Notes: a model not told the origin generated them from the letters alone. A stretch of DNA of 35,516 bases from an uncultured Solirubrobacteraceae bacterium (GCA_964588985.1 CAZPQW010000030.1:1-35516), one strand, 5' to 3'; numbered from the stretch's first letter, positions 7,516 through 17,367 are shown. Program-made: numbers and translations.

Positions 7516-9669
7516 ATGTTGGACTATGTCGATATCAACCGGCGCCTGACCGAGCAGCAGCGCCGACTCGGAGTCGTGACGCTGCAGCTGCTGGTGAGCC
7601 CCAACTGGGTACACCGCCGAGTGGAGAAGGCGGTCTACAGCGATCCTGTCACGGTTCGACGAACCAAGAGTATCGACTTCACTCTCCCGACCGACTTCGA
7701 GTCGCCGCTTGGGTGTATCGACGGGGAGCGCCTCGACTATGCGCCACTCGCCGTGATGACAAAGTGGCGGATCGCAAATGTCGATATTCGTGACGAAACC
7801 GGAGTGGCTCTTCCCCTCATCGACCGTCGGCAGCACACCCCGATAGTCGTCGCAATGCTTGTGGCGCTCGCCCACCTCACGCTCGGCTGTCCCATTCCGA
7901 TGTCGCCCGATGAGAGCTCCATTCCCGCGTCGATAGAACACGAGTTCTGGAGTTTGGTCGGGTCCAGGGAAGAGCGGGCGCTCAATGTGTGCGAGGAGCT
8001 TGCCATCCGTCACGAAGGTGAGGATGCCGTGTTGAGTAATTGGCGGCGAGTGCTAACCACCGACTATGTGTTCATGAGCTTCGCATGGATGATGGCGCGT
8101 GGCTTTCCACTTCTGGTACCTCTATATGGCTCCGCCGGTAGAAGACGAATCATCAAGTTTGGATACGATGCCTACCGATATCGTCCCAGGACGCAATGGC
8201 GATCGATGGATCGCGCTGGCAAAGCTGTCGGCAGGATGATCGATGGTGCGATCAAGATGTCGGGCCTCGGATCGGCCGAGAGAGACTCCGCGAATTGTGC
8301 ACAGTCTGGACGTCTCCTCCTGCGAATCGCGTGGAACGCTGGTAGCTCCAGCACGTTGACGGAACCTGCCGTCACACCAAAAGTGACCTTCGAGCTGGTA
8401 GGGCCGTCTGGGGAGACGGAATCCGTGGAGGTGATCGGTACCGAGAAGCTCGTCGGGGGTCTCGCGCCTGGGCTTTGGTATGTCACGGACCAACCCAAGA
8501 TCGAGGGATATGGACCAGCGAATACCTCGCCTAAATGCGTGGAGGTCAACCCCGATGCGACGAGTGATCTCTGCCTGGCTTACCAAGAGGAGCCCAAGCG
8601 GGTCGTGTCATCGAAGCCCCCGATGGACTTCGGTCGTGACTCGCTGCTGTGGTGGTTGCTTGAGGAAATCGGAATGACGTCAAGACGTGCGTTGTTTGGC
8701 CTTCGACTGGAGCGGAGTGGGTCTTGTCACTTCGAGTTCGAGGCGCCAGACGGGTTTGTGGTGACACGCGTCAAGCTGTCGATGGCTGGCAGTGAAGGAC
8801 GAGTTCTAGACATGTCGGCTCGTAGCTCGCACAGAGCGAGCGTCTACGCGCTCAGCGCCGACAAGCCGACGCGTGCGCTTGTATTGGCGAACATCAGGCC
8901 CAGATCGGACACGATGGTGGATCTCTCGTGGGTCACTGCGGTTGTGACCGCGGGTGTTCTGATCGCATATGCGACGTGGCACGTCCTCACCGGGCAGGCG
9001 CCGAGTGGCGCCACCACTGTTCTGCTCGCCGCGCCTGGAGCGCTCGCTGCCTTTGCCGCGCAGCCTCCCCGCGAGGTCATCGTGAGCAGGATGACCGCAG
9101 GGCTTCGCTATTTCTCGCTGCTGCCTGGGCTTGTGGCGTTCTCGGCCGCCGCGACGACGATGGCATGGCCGGAGGCCACTACGGGCAAGGTCATCGAGTG
9201 CTGCCTCGCCGGTCTCGCGGCAGGCATCGCGATGCTATGGACCGTCACACACTGGTGGACCCGCAGGCCCCCAGAGCGACGCTGGCCGCAAGGGCCGCCA
9301 CGTTGGGTTTCGCAGAATGGCGAGTTGCGGACGATGGGCGGTGATTCGACGCTCGAGGCTTATCTCGAAGAGATCACGACCGAGATCGAGGATCTGTGCG
9401 GGGCGGATTCTCTGTGGTTAGCGTATGAGGTGCGCAATCGTCTTCGTAAGGAAACGCAGCCGATCGCCGACGATCTCGTCGATGAGTATCTGCTGCAGGA
9501 ATATATGGGCCACGGTGTGAGACGTCCGCCGAGTGTCTTTGTTGAGAGTGGCGAGGTGGCGCCGACGTTCCTCGGCCTGTGGGAGAGACAGCGAGCCGTG
9601 TTGGACGAAGCGATGGGGAAGATTGTCCGCCGCGACGATGATGACGTCGGGGTGGGCGTGGCGGTGTAA
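7516..9669 (+). CDS. hypothetical 717-aa membrane protein (about 4 C-terminal-half TM helices), compositionally atypical
   Basis: Long uninterrupted ORF; many A/T-ending codons compared with flanking genes; hydrophobic segments at about aa 468-580. Confidence 0.8.
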   Translation: MLDYVDINRRLTEQQRRLGVVTLQLLVSPNWVHRRVEKAVYSDPVTVRRTKSIDFTLPTDFESPLGCIDGERLDYAPLAVMTKWRIANVDIRDETGVALPLIDRRQHTPIVVAMLVALAHLTLGCPIPMSPDESSIPASIEHEFWSLVGSREERALNVCEELAIRHEGEDAVLSNWRRVLTTDYVFMSFAWMMARGFPLLVPLYGSAGRRRIIKFGYDAYRYRPRTQWRSMDRAGKAVGRMIDGAIKMSGLGSAERDSANCAQSGRLLLRIAWNAGSSSTLTEPAVTPKVTFELVGPSGETESVEVIGTEKLVGGLAPGLWYVTDQPKIEGYGPANTSPKCVEVNPDATSDLCLAYQEEPKRVVSSKPPMDFGRDSLLWWLLEEIGMTSRRALFGLRLERSGSCHFEFEAPDGFVVTRVKLSMAGSEGRVLDMSARSSHRASVYALSADKPTRALVLANIRPRSDTMVDLSWVTAVVTAGVLIAYATWHVLTGQAPSGATTVLLAAPGALAAFAAQPPREVIVSRMTAGLRYFSLLPGLVAFSAAATTMAWPEATTGKVIECCLAGLAAGIAMLWTVTHWWTRRPPERRWPQGPPRWVSQNGELRTMGGDSTLEAYLEEITTEIEDLCGADSLWLAYEVRNRLRKETQPIADDLVDEYLLQEYMGHGVRRPPSVFVESGEVAPTFLGLWERQRAVLDEAMGKIVRRDDDDVGVGVAV

Positions 9670-9681
9670 GGCCGCGGCAGG

Positions 9682-10944
9682 TTAAAGCGTGAGCGCCGAC
9701 GGCGTCTGCAGCAGCTCGCGCACCCGCGCGAGGAACTGGGCGGCGTCGGCGCCGTAGAGGATGCGGTGGTCGCACACGAGCGTGAGCGTCATCGTGTGGC
9801 GGACCACGATCTCGCCGTCGCGAACGACCGCACGCTGCTCGAGCGAGCCGACCGACAGGATCGCCGCCTGCGGCGGGTTGACGATCGCGCTGAAGCTGCG
9901 CACCCCGAACATCCCCAGGTTTGAAACCGTGAACGTCCCACCACCCAGCTCCGGAGGGGTGATCGTTCCCGCGCGGACGCGCTCGGCCAGCGCGCGCGTC
10001 TCGCGTGCGATCTCCCCGAGCGACTTCTCCTCCGCGTCGAACACGGTCGGCACCACGAGCGCTTCGTCGGCCGCGACCGCCACGCCGACGTTCACGCGCG
10101 AGTGCAGCTGCAGCCGCCCGTCACGGTAGCTGCCGTTCGCGCGCGGATGCTCGCGCAGCGCGAGCGCGCACGCCTTCACGATCATGTCGTTGTACGTCGG
10201 CACGACCGCCGGAGCGGCAGCGCCGGGCAGCGGCGGCGCGTCTGGGTGCGACAGCCGCTTGAGCTCCGAGCGGAGCTTCGCGCACTCCTCCATGTCGACG
10301 TCCATCTGCAGCGAGAAGTCCGGGATCGTCGCCTTCGACTCCGCCATCCGCCGCGCGATCGTCTGCTGCGTGCGCGACAGCTCCACCGTGCTCGTCTCGC
10401 CCTTGGCGGTCGCCACGCCGGCGAGCGGGCTTGGCGCATCCGTTGGGGTGGGGGCAGCGGTGCTCGCTCCGGCGGGCACGACCACGTCGGCCTTGACGAT
10501 CCGCCCTCCTGGGCCGGTGCCGGTCACGTCGTGCAGATCGACGCCGGTCTCCTTCGCGATGCGCTTCGCCAGCGGCGAGGCCTTCACGCGCTCGTCGCCG
10601 TGAGCGGGCGGCGCGGGCGGGGATGGAGTCGCTGCCGCAGGGGTTGCGTTGGTGGCGGCGGGAGAGGCGGGTTGCGATGCGCTCTCAGCGGGGGTCGTCG
10701 CGGAGCCCTCGCTGGCAGCTCCTACGTGCGCGATCACCTCGCCCACCGCGTGGGTCGTTCCCTCGGGGGCATCGATCTGCAGCGTTCCCTCCTGGTCTGA
10801 CTCGTAGACCATCGCGGCCTTGTCAGTCTCGATCTCCACGAGCTCCTCGCCACGGGCGACGTGATCGCCGTCGGCCTTCAGCCAGCGCAGGATCGTGCCC
10901 TCCTCCATCGTGTCCGACAGGCGCGGCATCACGATCTCGGCCAT
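9682..10944 (-). CDS. pdhC: pyruvate dehydrogenase E2, dihydrolipoamide acetyltransferase
   Basis: Lipoyl domain ETDKA, E3-binding ASPLAKRIA...GTGPGGRI, catalytic DHRILYG; TGATG overlap with pdhB. Confidence 0.93.
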   Translation of the reverse strand: MAEIVMPRLSDTMEEGTILRWLKADGDHVARGEELVEIETDKAAMVYESDQEGTLQIDAPEGTTHAVGEVIAHVGAASEGSATTPAESASQPASPAATNATPAAATPSPPAPPAHGDERVKASPLAKRIAKETGVDLHDVTGTGPGGRIVKADVVVPAGASTAAPTPTDAPSPLAGVATAKGETSTVELSRTQQTIARRMAESKATIPDFSLQMDVDMEECAKLRSELKRLSHPDAPPLPGAAAPAVVPTYNDMIVKACALALREHPRANGSYRDGRLQLHSRVNVGVAVAADEALVVPTVFDAEEKSLGEIARETRALAERVRAGTITPPELGGGTFTVSNLGMFGVRSFSAIVNPPQAAILSVGSLEQRAVVRDGEIVVRHTMTLTLVCDHRILYGADAAQFLARVRELLQTPSALTL

Positions 10945-11948
10945 CACACGCCCCCCGCGGTGGGCACGCGCCCGAGCGTCGCGAGTGCCGCCTGCACGAT
11001 CTGCGGCTCATGCGGGTAGGCGATGTCCTCGAGCGGCTTGGAGTAAGGCATCGGCACGTCCGCGCCCGTGACCCGCTGGATCGGGGCGTCGAGGTCGTCG
11101 AAGGCCTGTTCGCCGATCAGCGCGGCGAGGTTCGCGCCGACGCCGCCGTGCGGCCAGCCCTCCTCGACGATCACGCAGCGGTTGGTCTTCCGCACCGAGG
11201 AGAGGATCGTGTCGAGATCCAGCGGGCGCAGCGTGCGCGGGTCGACCACCTCCGCCTCGACGCCGTGCTCGGAGGAGAGCGTCGCCGCGGCGCGCTCGGC
11301 GGTGATCGCCATCCGCGAGATCCCCACGATCGTCACGTCCGAGCCCTCGCGCGCGATGCGCGCCTGCCCGAAGCGGACGAGGTGCTCCTCGTCGTCGGGC
11401 ACCTCGCCGCGCACCCCATACAGCGACTCGTGCTCGATGAAGATCACCGGGTTTTCGTCGCGGATCGCGCTCTTGAGCAGTCCCTTCGCATCGGCCGCGG
11501 TGGCCGGCACCGCGACGAGCAGCCCCGGCACGTGCAGGAACATCGCCTCGAGGCAGTGCGAGTGTGTGGGCCCGAGCTGGTGCCCAGCGCCCTGGGGCAT
11601 CCGCACGACGAGCGGCACCCTCGCCTGGCCGCCGAACATGTAGTGGATGTGCGCCGCGTGGTTGACGATCTGGTCGAGCGCGAGCAGCGCAAAGTTGATC
11701 GTCATCAACTCCACCACCGGACGCAGGCCGGTCATCGCCGAGCCCACGCCGACGCCCACGATCGTGTTCTCCGAGATCGGGGTGTCGCGCACCCGCTTCT
11801 CGCCGAACTCCTCCAGCAGGCCGTCGGTGACTTTGAACGCGCCGCCGAACACGCCGATGTCCTCGCCCATCAGGATCACCCGCTCGTCGCGCGCCATCTC
11901 CTCACGCAGCGCCGCGTTCAACGCTTCGCGGTAGCGCATCTCGGCCAT
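10944..11948 (-). CDS. pdhB: pyruvate dehydrogenase E1 beta subunit
   Basis: MGEDIG, DTPISE, GPTHSH, DPRTLRPLD motifs. Confidence 0.93.
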   Translation of the reverse strand: MAEMRYREALNAALREEMARDERVILMGEDIGVFGGAFKVTDGLLEEFGEKRVRDTPISENTIVGVGVGSAMTGLRPVVELMTINFALLALDQIVNHAAHIHYMFGGQARVPLVVRMPQGAGHQLGPTHSHCLEAMFLHVPGLLVAVPATAADAKGLLKSAIRDENPVIFIEHESLYGVRGEVPDDEEHLVRFGQARIAREGSDVTIVGISRMAITAERAAATLSSEHGVEAEVVDPRTLRPLDLDTILSSVRKTNRCVIVEEGWPHGGVGANLAALIGEQAFDDLDAPIQRVTGADVPMPYSKPLEDIAYPHEPQIVQAALATLGRVPTAGGV

Positions 11949-12973
11949 CAGCCCGTCCGCACCGAGTAGAGGCCGCGGACCTCGCCGTCGAGCACGTACA
12001 CGTCGTCGTACAGCGTCTCCGGGCCGGGGAACGGCGAGGCTTCGGCGAACGTCGTCGCCGCGTCCACCTTCGCGACCGCGTCCGCGTCGATCCGCTCCTG
12101 CTCGCCCGCGTCGATCGCGCCCGCGGCGACGAGCAGCTCCGCGAACGCGGGGATCGGGTCGCGCTCGCGCCAGTGCTCGACCTCCTCCTTCGTGCGGTAC
12201 TGCTCCGGGTCGGCCATCGAGTGGCCGCGAAAGCGATACGTCACCGCCTCCACGAGCACCGGTCGCCGGTCTTCGCGCACACGACGCATCGCGTCCGCGA
12301 CCACGCCGTGGGTGTCGAGGATGTCCATTCCGTCACAGCGCACGCCGGGCACCCCGAGGCTCTCGCCCTTGCGCTGCAGGTCGGTCACAGCCGAGTGGCG
12401 CCGCAACGCGGTCCCCATTCCAAACTGGTTGTTCGTCACCATGAACACCACCGGCAGCTTCCACAGCGCGGCCAGGTTGAGCGTCTCGCCGAACGTGCCC
12501 TGGTTGGACGCGCCGTCGCCGAACACGCACAACGTAACCTCGTCGGTGCCGGTGTAGTCGCTCGCGAGCGCGATCCCCGCGGCGATCGGCAGGTTGCCGC
12601 CGACGATTCCGTAGCCGCCCATGAAGCGCCGGGCGAGATCGAACATGTGCATCGAGCCGCCGCGGCCGCCCGAGCAGCCGTCGACGCGCCCGAGCAGCTC
12701 CGCCATGACGTTCTCCGGCGGCGTGCCGCGCACGAGCGCGTGGCCGTGCGAGCGGTACGTGGAGATCAGGTAGTCGCTGTCGCGCAGCGCCCGCGCGCTG
12801 CCCACGATCGTCGCCTCCTCGCCGATCGACAGGTGCAGGAAGCCGCCCACTTTCGCCCGCGCGTACATCTCGCCCGCGCGTTCCTCGAAGCGGCGGATCA
12901 GCGTCATCGTCGCGAGCCACTCGCGCGCGACGTCCGGCGCTGGAAGTGCGTGGGCGGCGGGCGGGGTGGACAT
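11948..12973 (-). CDS. pdhA: pyruvate dehydrogenase E1 alpha subunit
   Basis: GFLHLSIGEEA, GRGGSMH, TPP-binding GDGASNQG...NN, YRFRGHSMADP. ATG at 12973 overlaps the upstream stop. Confidence 0.94.
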   Translation of the reverse strand: MSTPPAAHALPAPDVAREWLATMTLIRRFEERAGEMYARAKVGGFLHLSIGEEATIVGSARALRDSDYLISTYRSHGHALVRGTPPENVMAELLGRVDGCSGGRGGSMHMFDLARRFMGGYGIVGGNLPIAAGIALASDYTGTDEVTLCVFGDGASNQGTFGETLNLAALWKLPVVFMVTNNQFGMGTALRRHSAVTDLQRKGESLGVPGVRCDGMDILDTHGVVADAMRRVREDRRPVLVEAVTYRFRGHSMADPEQYRTKEEVEHWRERDPIPAFAELLVAAGAIDAGEQERIDADAVAKVDAATTFAEASPFPGPETLYDDVYVLDGEVRGLYSVRTG

Positions 12974-13212
12974 CAATGCTCCACGGTACTCCAGCGGGCG
13001 ATGAAGTCCTCCGCCTGCAACTGCGCGAGGTCCGCGCGCAGCCGGCGCGCGAGCTTGGACGCTTCGTGCGGCGCTCGATCGAAGAGCAGCACCGCTTCGC
13101 CGCTGTCGATCTCCACCACCTCGATGTGGTCCACGCGGCTGGCGTCCGCGAGCAGCGCGGGCGCGAGCCCGCCGCGGGTGACGATCAGCCGGTAGGCGTG
13201 ACGGGCCCTCAC
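12973..13212 (-). CDS. small hypothetical protein (79 aa)
   Basis: Overlaps both neighbours by start/stop coupling; globular-looking composition. Confidence 0.7.
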   Translation of the reverse strand: MRARHAYRLIVTRGGLAPALLADASRVDHIEVVEIDSGEAVLLFDRAPHEASKLARRLRADLAQLQAEDFIARWSTVEH

Positions 13213-13811
13213 CGCGATGTGCTCTCCAGCGCCTCGCTGTGCATGTGCGTGGCGGCTTCCTCCAGCGCGCGCTCACCTTGGAACACGTGCCCGCCGATGG
13301 TGATCGCGGGGACGTCCGTGACGCCGAGTGCGGCGGCTGCCGCTGTGGCGGCGCTCAGCTGCTCTCCCACCGAGCGCAGCTCCGCGCCGCGCAGCACGGC
13401 CGCGGGGTGCATCTCGCACGCCGCAGCCGCGATCAGCACGAAGTCGGGATCCTCGAGCGAGTGCCCGCCGGCGAACGCCTGACGGAACGCCGCCTGCGCG
13501 AACGGGACGGTCCGCCCGATCGACTTCGCGTACGTCGCGACGCGCATCGCGAGCGAGCTGTCGAACGGGAATGGGCTCGGCCAGCGCAGAGGCTGCAGAT
13601 CCAGCTCCCGCGCACGGCGCGACACCTCCGCGCGGAACACCTCCTGCTCTTCAGCGCAGCGCCACGTGCCGAGCGTGTCGGCGCCGGGCAGCTCGCGCGC
13701 GAGCACCGGCTGCCACTCCGCGGGGGCGGGAAGGACGTGCAGCACGCGCTCCGCGGCGAGGTAAGCCAGCGGGCTCGCGAGGTCGAAGTAGAAGGCGGCC
13801 GTGGTGGGCAC
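13209..13811 (-). CDS. DsbA-fold, HCCA-isomerase/GST-kappa-like protein
   Basis: FYFDLASPLAYL and GVTDVPAI...FQG motifs; leaderless -10 TAATCT 7 nt before GTG 13811. Confidence 0.82.
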   Translation of the reverse strand: MPTTAAFYFDLASPLAYLAAERVLHVLPAPAEWQPVLARELPGADTLGTWRCAEEQEVFRAEVSRRARELDLQPLRWPSPFPFDSSLAMRVATYAKSIGRTVPFAQAAFRQAFAGGHSLEDPDFVLIAAAACEMHPAAVLRGAELRSVGEQLSAATAAAAALGVTDVPAITIGGHVFQGERALEEAATHMHSEALESTSR

Positions 13812-13939
13812 GTAGCCGAGATTAGTGGCCAAGCCAGAGGCGGCCGGTCCGTGGATGGCAGACGACGCACGCGAGCGCAGGCGTGCTGGTTGCACGTCGA
13901 GCATCGCGGGTGGCGTCTGACGCCGCGGCCCGGCCGCCC

Positions 13940-15310
13940 TCAGCCGTGGATCAGCCAGCCGTCGGCGGCGCGTCCTGCTTCCATCACGGCCTCCGACAGC
14001 GTGGGGTGCCCGTGGATCATGCGCGCCAGCTCCGCGTAGCCGCCCTCCAGCAGGCGCACGTTCACCAGCTCCTGGATCAGCTCGGTGGCGCGCGAGCCGA
14101 CGATGTGCCCGCCGAGCAGCTCGCCGTACTTGCTCTCGCCCACGATCTTCACCAGGCCGGTGCGGTCGCCGTAGACGGTGCCGCCGCCGACCGCGCCGTA
14201 GGGCACCTTGCCCACGACCACGTCGTAGCCCTGCTCGCGCGCCTGCGCCTCGGTGAGCCCGAACGAGCCGACGTTGGGCGTGCAGAACGTCGCGCGGGGG
14301 ATGTCCACGTAGGAGATCGGGTGCGTTGCGAGGCCCGCGATGTCCTCCGCGGCGATGATGCCCTCATCAGACGCCTTGTGCGCGAGCGCCGGTCCCGCGA
14401 CCAGGTCGCCGATCGCCCACACGCCAGCCCGCGAGGTGCGAAGCGCGCCGTCGACCTTGATCAGGCCGCGCCCGTCCAGCTCCACTCCAGCCTCCGTGAG
14501 CTCCAGGCCGACGACATCCGCGCCTCGCCCGGCGGCGATCACCATGTAGTCCACCTCGGCGGAGTTGGCACCGTAGGAGAAGCTCACGCTTGAGTCGGTC
14601 GCGTTGACATCCGCGACGGGCGTGCCGGTATGCACGTCGATGCCCTGTTTCTTCAGGCCGCGCTCCACCAGCCGCGAGATGTCCGCGTCCTCGCTCGGAA
14701 GAACCCGATCGAGCGCCTCGAGCAGCAGCACCTCGCTACCCAGACGCGCAAACGCCGAGGCGATCTCCGCTCCTGATGCGCCGGCCCCGACGACCGCGAG
14801 GCGCGTGGGGAGCTCCTGCAACGCCCACGCCTCCTCGGTGCCGATCACCCGTCCGCCGAGCTCGACGCCGGGTATCGGACGCGGCACGGAGCCCGTCGCG
14901 AGGATCACGCTGCCGGCGCCGATCGTCGTGCCGCTCACGGTGACGTCGCCGTCCGCCGTGAGCGCCGCGTCGCCCTCGATCAGGTCGATCGCGTTTTTCT
15001 TGAACAGGCCGCTCACGCCCGAGGTGAGGGTGGAGACGACCTTCTCGCGACGCGCCTGGATCGCCGGGTAGTCGACCTCAACGCCGCTCACCTTCAGGCC
15101 GAACTCCTCGCTGTCGCGGATCTCGCTGAGCAGATCCGCGGAGCGCAGCACCGCCTTCGCGGGGATGCACGCGTAGTTCAGGCAGCGGCCGCCGACCTTG
15201 TCGCGCTCGACCACCGCGGTCTTCTTGCCCAGCTGCGCCGCGCGGATCGCGGCCACGTAGCCGCCCGGGCCGGAGCCGATCACTATGAGGTCGTATGAGT
15301 CCTCGGCCAT
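13940..15310 (-). CDS. lpdA: dihydrolipoyl dehydrogenase (E3)
   Basis: GSGPGGYVAAIRAAQLG, redox CLNYAC, HPTLSE motifs. Confidence 0.96.
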   Translation of the reverse strand: MAEDSYDLIVIGSGPGGYVAAIRAAQLGKKTAVVERDKVGGRCLNYACIPAKAVLRSADLLSEIRDSEEFGLKVSGVEVDYPAIQARREKVVSTLTSGVSGLFKKNAIDLIEGDAALTADGDVTVSGTTIGAGSVILATGSVPRPIPGVELGGRVIGTEEAWALQELPTRLAVVGAGASGAEIASAFARLGSEVLLLEALDRVLPSEDADISRLVERGLKKQGIDVHTGTPVADVNATDSSVSFSYGANSAEVDYMVIAAGRGADVVGLELTEAGVELDGRGLIKVDGALRTSRAGVWAIGDLVAGPALAHKASDEGIIAAEDIAGLATHPISYVDIPRATFCTPNVGSFGLTEAQAREQGYDVVVGKVPYGAVGGGTVYGDRTGLVKIVGESKYGELLGGHIVGSRATELIQELVNVRLLEGGYAELARMIHGHPTLSEAVMEAGRAADGWLIHG

Positions 15311-15360
15311 CTGTTGTCTGAGCCTATCGAAGCGCTGGCCGCGTGGCCGGGCTCCCGCTC

Positions 15361-15849
15361 TCAGACGTCGCGATCGAGCCGTTCCCCTGTCTGGATGCGG
15401 CCCATCACGCGTACGAGCTTCCAGAACAGCCAGCCGCCGAGGCCGATCCCCACCAGGCACACGGCTGCGGCGAGGAGGGTGGATGCGACGATGAGCGCGA
15501 GCGACGTGACGAGGATCTGGAAGGCGAGCAGCGCCTCGAAGCCGAGCACCGCGAAGTAGCGGCGGCGGTACATGCCCTGGGCGAGGAGCGCGAGGATCAC
15601 GGCGAGGAAGATCGCACCGGGTAGCGAGCCGCCTTTGCTCGAGAGGTCGTGGACGGTCAGGGCGCCGATCAGCACGGCGACCGCGAGCACCGCGCACACC
15701 GCTATCGCGACGAGCAGCGCACGGGGGCGCTCGTGCTCGGCGAGGGGTTGGAGGGCGGCGCGAGCCTGCTCCTCGCGCGCGACCCGCCGCGGCGTTCCGG
15801 AGATAGCCGCCGACTCCTCGCTCGCCCGCTGCCCGTCTCCGTCCGTCAA
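15361..15849 (-). CDS. four-TM hypothetical membrane protein
   Basis: Four hydrophobic segments; TTGA overlap with the thiE stop. Confidence 0.75.
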   Translation of the reverse strand: MTDGDGQRASEESAAISGTPRRVAREEQARAALQPLAEHERPRALLVAIAVCAVLAVAVLIGALTVHDLSSKGGSLPGAIFLAVILALLAQGMYRRRYFAVLGFEALLAFQILVTSLALIVASTLLAAAVCLVGIGLGGWLFWKLVRVMGRIQTGERLDRDV

Positions 15850-16514
15850 CCTGGGCTCCCGGTCTCATCGAGCAGCTCGCGCAACGAGCGCGCTGAGCGC
15901 TCGGGATCCTCCGCGGCGGCGATCGCTCGCAGCACACAGGCGCGCGTCGCTCCTGCGGCAACAGTCTCCGCGATGTTGCTCGCGTCGAGGCCGCCGATCG
16001 CGAAGAACGGGACGGGCGAGTGGGCGGCCGCGTAGCGGACCAGCTCCAGTCCGACCGCCGGGCGACCGGGCTTGGTGGGAGTGGCGTGAACCGGGCCGAC
16101 GCCGATGTAGTCCACCAGCGATGGGTCGACCGCGTCGATTTCCACGGGCGAGTGAGTGGACAGGCCGATCAGCATGTCGGGGCCAACCATCTCGCGGACC
16201 TCGGCCACGGGCATGTCGTCCTGGCCAACATGAACACCGTCCGCGCCCACCTCGCCCGCTACCGCCGCGCGGTCGTTGACGACGAACAGGACCCCCAGCC
16301 GCTCGCATAGCGCGCGCGTCGCATGCGCCACCGCGGCCAGCTCGTCGTCGGGGAGGTGCTTCTCCCGCAGCTGGAAGACGTCCACGCCGCCCGCCGCCGC
16401 ACCGCGGATCAGGTCGGGCAGCTCGTGTCCGTCGGGATAGGCGCCACACACGAGATAGAGGCGGGCCTTCGCAAGGCGCTCTCGCCGCTCGGAGCCGCGG
16501 TCAGCGGGCGTCAT
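15846..16514 (-). CDS. thiE: thiamine phosphate synthase
   Basis: QLREK, VND, GVHVGQDD, GLSTH, TPTKP, AIGG motifs. Confidence 0.96.
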   Translation of the reverse strand: MTPADRGSERRERLAKARLYLVCGAYPDGHELPDLIRGAAAGGVDVFQLREKHLPDDELAAVAHATRALCERLGVLFVVNDRAAVAGEVGADGVHVGQDDMPVAEVREMVGPDMLIGLSTHSPVEIDAVDPSLVDYIGVGPVHATPTKPGRPAVGLELVRYAAAHSPVPFFAIGGLDASNIAETVAAGATRACVLRAIAAAEDPERSARSLRELLDETGSPG

Positions 16515-17050
16515 CCCTGAGCCAGCGCAGTAAGTCGCCGTACGGATTGGTCATCTGGCCCGAGGGCCCTTTCGACCCACACGAGAGCCTCGGCCAGGTC
16601 TGCTGCGCCTGCGTCAGCCATAGCCTCGATGTCCGCCCAGTCCTTCGTTCGATCGAGCAGCGTCTTGAAGACCGCGAGGGCAGTGCACCCCACAACGGGT
16701 ATGGAGCGGCCGGAGAACGGCACCATCCGTACGCCCGCCGCGACCTCCGCGTGGAAGGGATGGACGTCGAGGAACAGGTCGATCGGGGTGTCGTCCCACC
16801 ACACGCGCACCTGACCGTCACGCTCGGCTGCCTCGATGTCGGCTGCGCTCACCGCTGTATCGGCCGGAAAGCCCGCGAGGATCTCTGCCGCCCGTCCGGG
16901 CGCGGCGAACACGTTCACGTCGATGTCTCGGGTACCGCGCGGCTCTTCCGTGCAGTACGCCAGTGCAATCGCGCCCCCGAAAGCGTGCGGAAGCTCAGCG
17001 GCCGACAGCGCATCGTGAATCGCCAGCAACTTCTCCGGAAGGCTCGTCAC
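16511..17050 (-). CDS. MenT1/AbiEii-like (DUF1814-type) nucleotidyltransferase, putative toxin
   Basis: GGAIAL...EPRGTRDIDV Pol-beta-like NTase motif, IDLF, and C-terminal FK...RTKDWADI. Confidence 0.8.
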   Translation of the reverse strand: MTSLPEKLLAIHDALSAAELPHAFGGAIALAYCTEEPRGTRDIDVNVFAAPGRAAEILAGFPADTAVSAADIEAAERDGQVRVWWDDTPIDLFLDVHPFHAEVAAGVRMVPFSGRSIPVVGCTALAVFKTLLDRTKDWADIEAMADAGAADLAEALVWVERALGPDDQSVRRLTALAQG

Positions 17051-17367
17051 GCGCAGTCCCGAAGCGTCGTCGGGTATCCGAGCTTCCCCGGCTTGCGGTA
17101 GGGAAGCTCTGCCGCAAGGTCGAGCACCTGCTCGAGGATACGGCCCGCCCTGATCGGGTCGATCGCTTCGGGGGTCACCCGCAGGCGCATGCCGGTCGAC
17201 TCGGCGATACGCGCGAGCGCATCCACCCCGGGCTGGCGGTGTCCGTGCTCGTATGCATTGACGACCGAACGCGTGAGGCCCACAGCGCGCGCAAGCTCGG
17301 CCTGGCTCAGGCCACGCTCTCTACGGATCTCACGGATGATTTCGCCGGCAGCGCCTTTGCTCTGCAT
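17047..17367 (-). CDS. XRE-family HTH regulator, putative antitoxin
   Basis: IREIRRERGLSQAELARAVGLTRSVVNAYEHGHRQP HTH; GTGA overlap with the NTase; leaderless -10 TAACAT 7 nt upstream. Confidence 0.88.
   Translation of the reverse strand: MQSKGAAGEIIREIRRERGLSQAELARAVGLTRSVVNAYEHGHRQPGVDALARIAESTGMRLRVTPEAIDPIRAGRILEQVLDLAAELPYRKPGKLGYPTTLRDCA

Noticed and set aside
9745-9775. E2 catalytic motif DHRILYG instead of DHRxxDG
   Set aside because: A Tyr at this position is a known functional variant, e.g. in cyanobacterial/plastid-type E2; not evidence of inactivation.
13940-15961. N-terminally extended ORFs for lpdA (likewise pdhA, rlmD, the GT-C-like gene, hlyIII, vapB)
   Set aside because: The extensions overlap genuine upstream genes; family N-termini and -10 or overlap signals give shorter starts.
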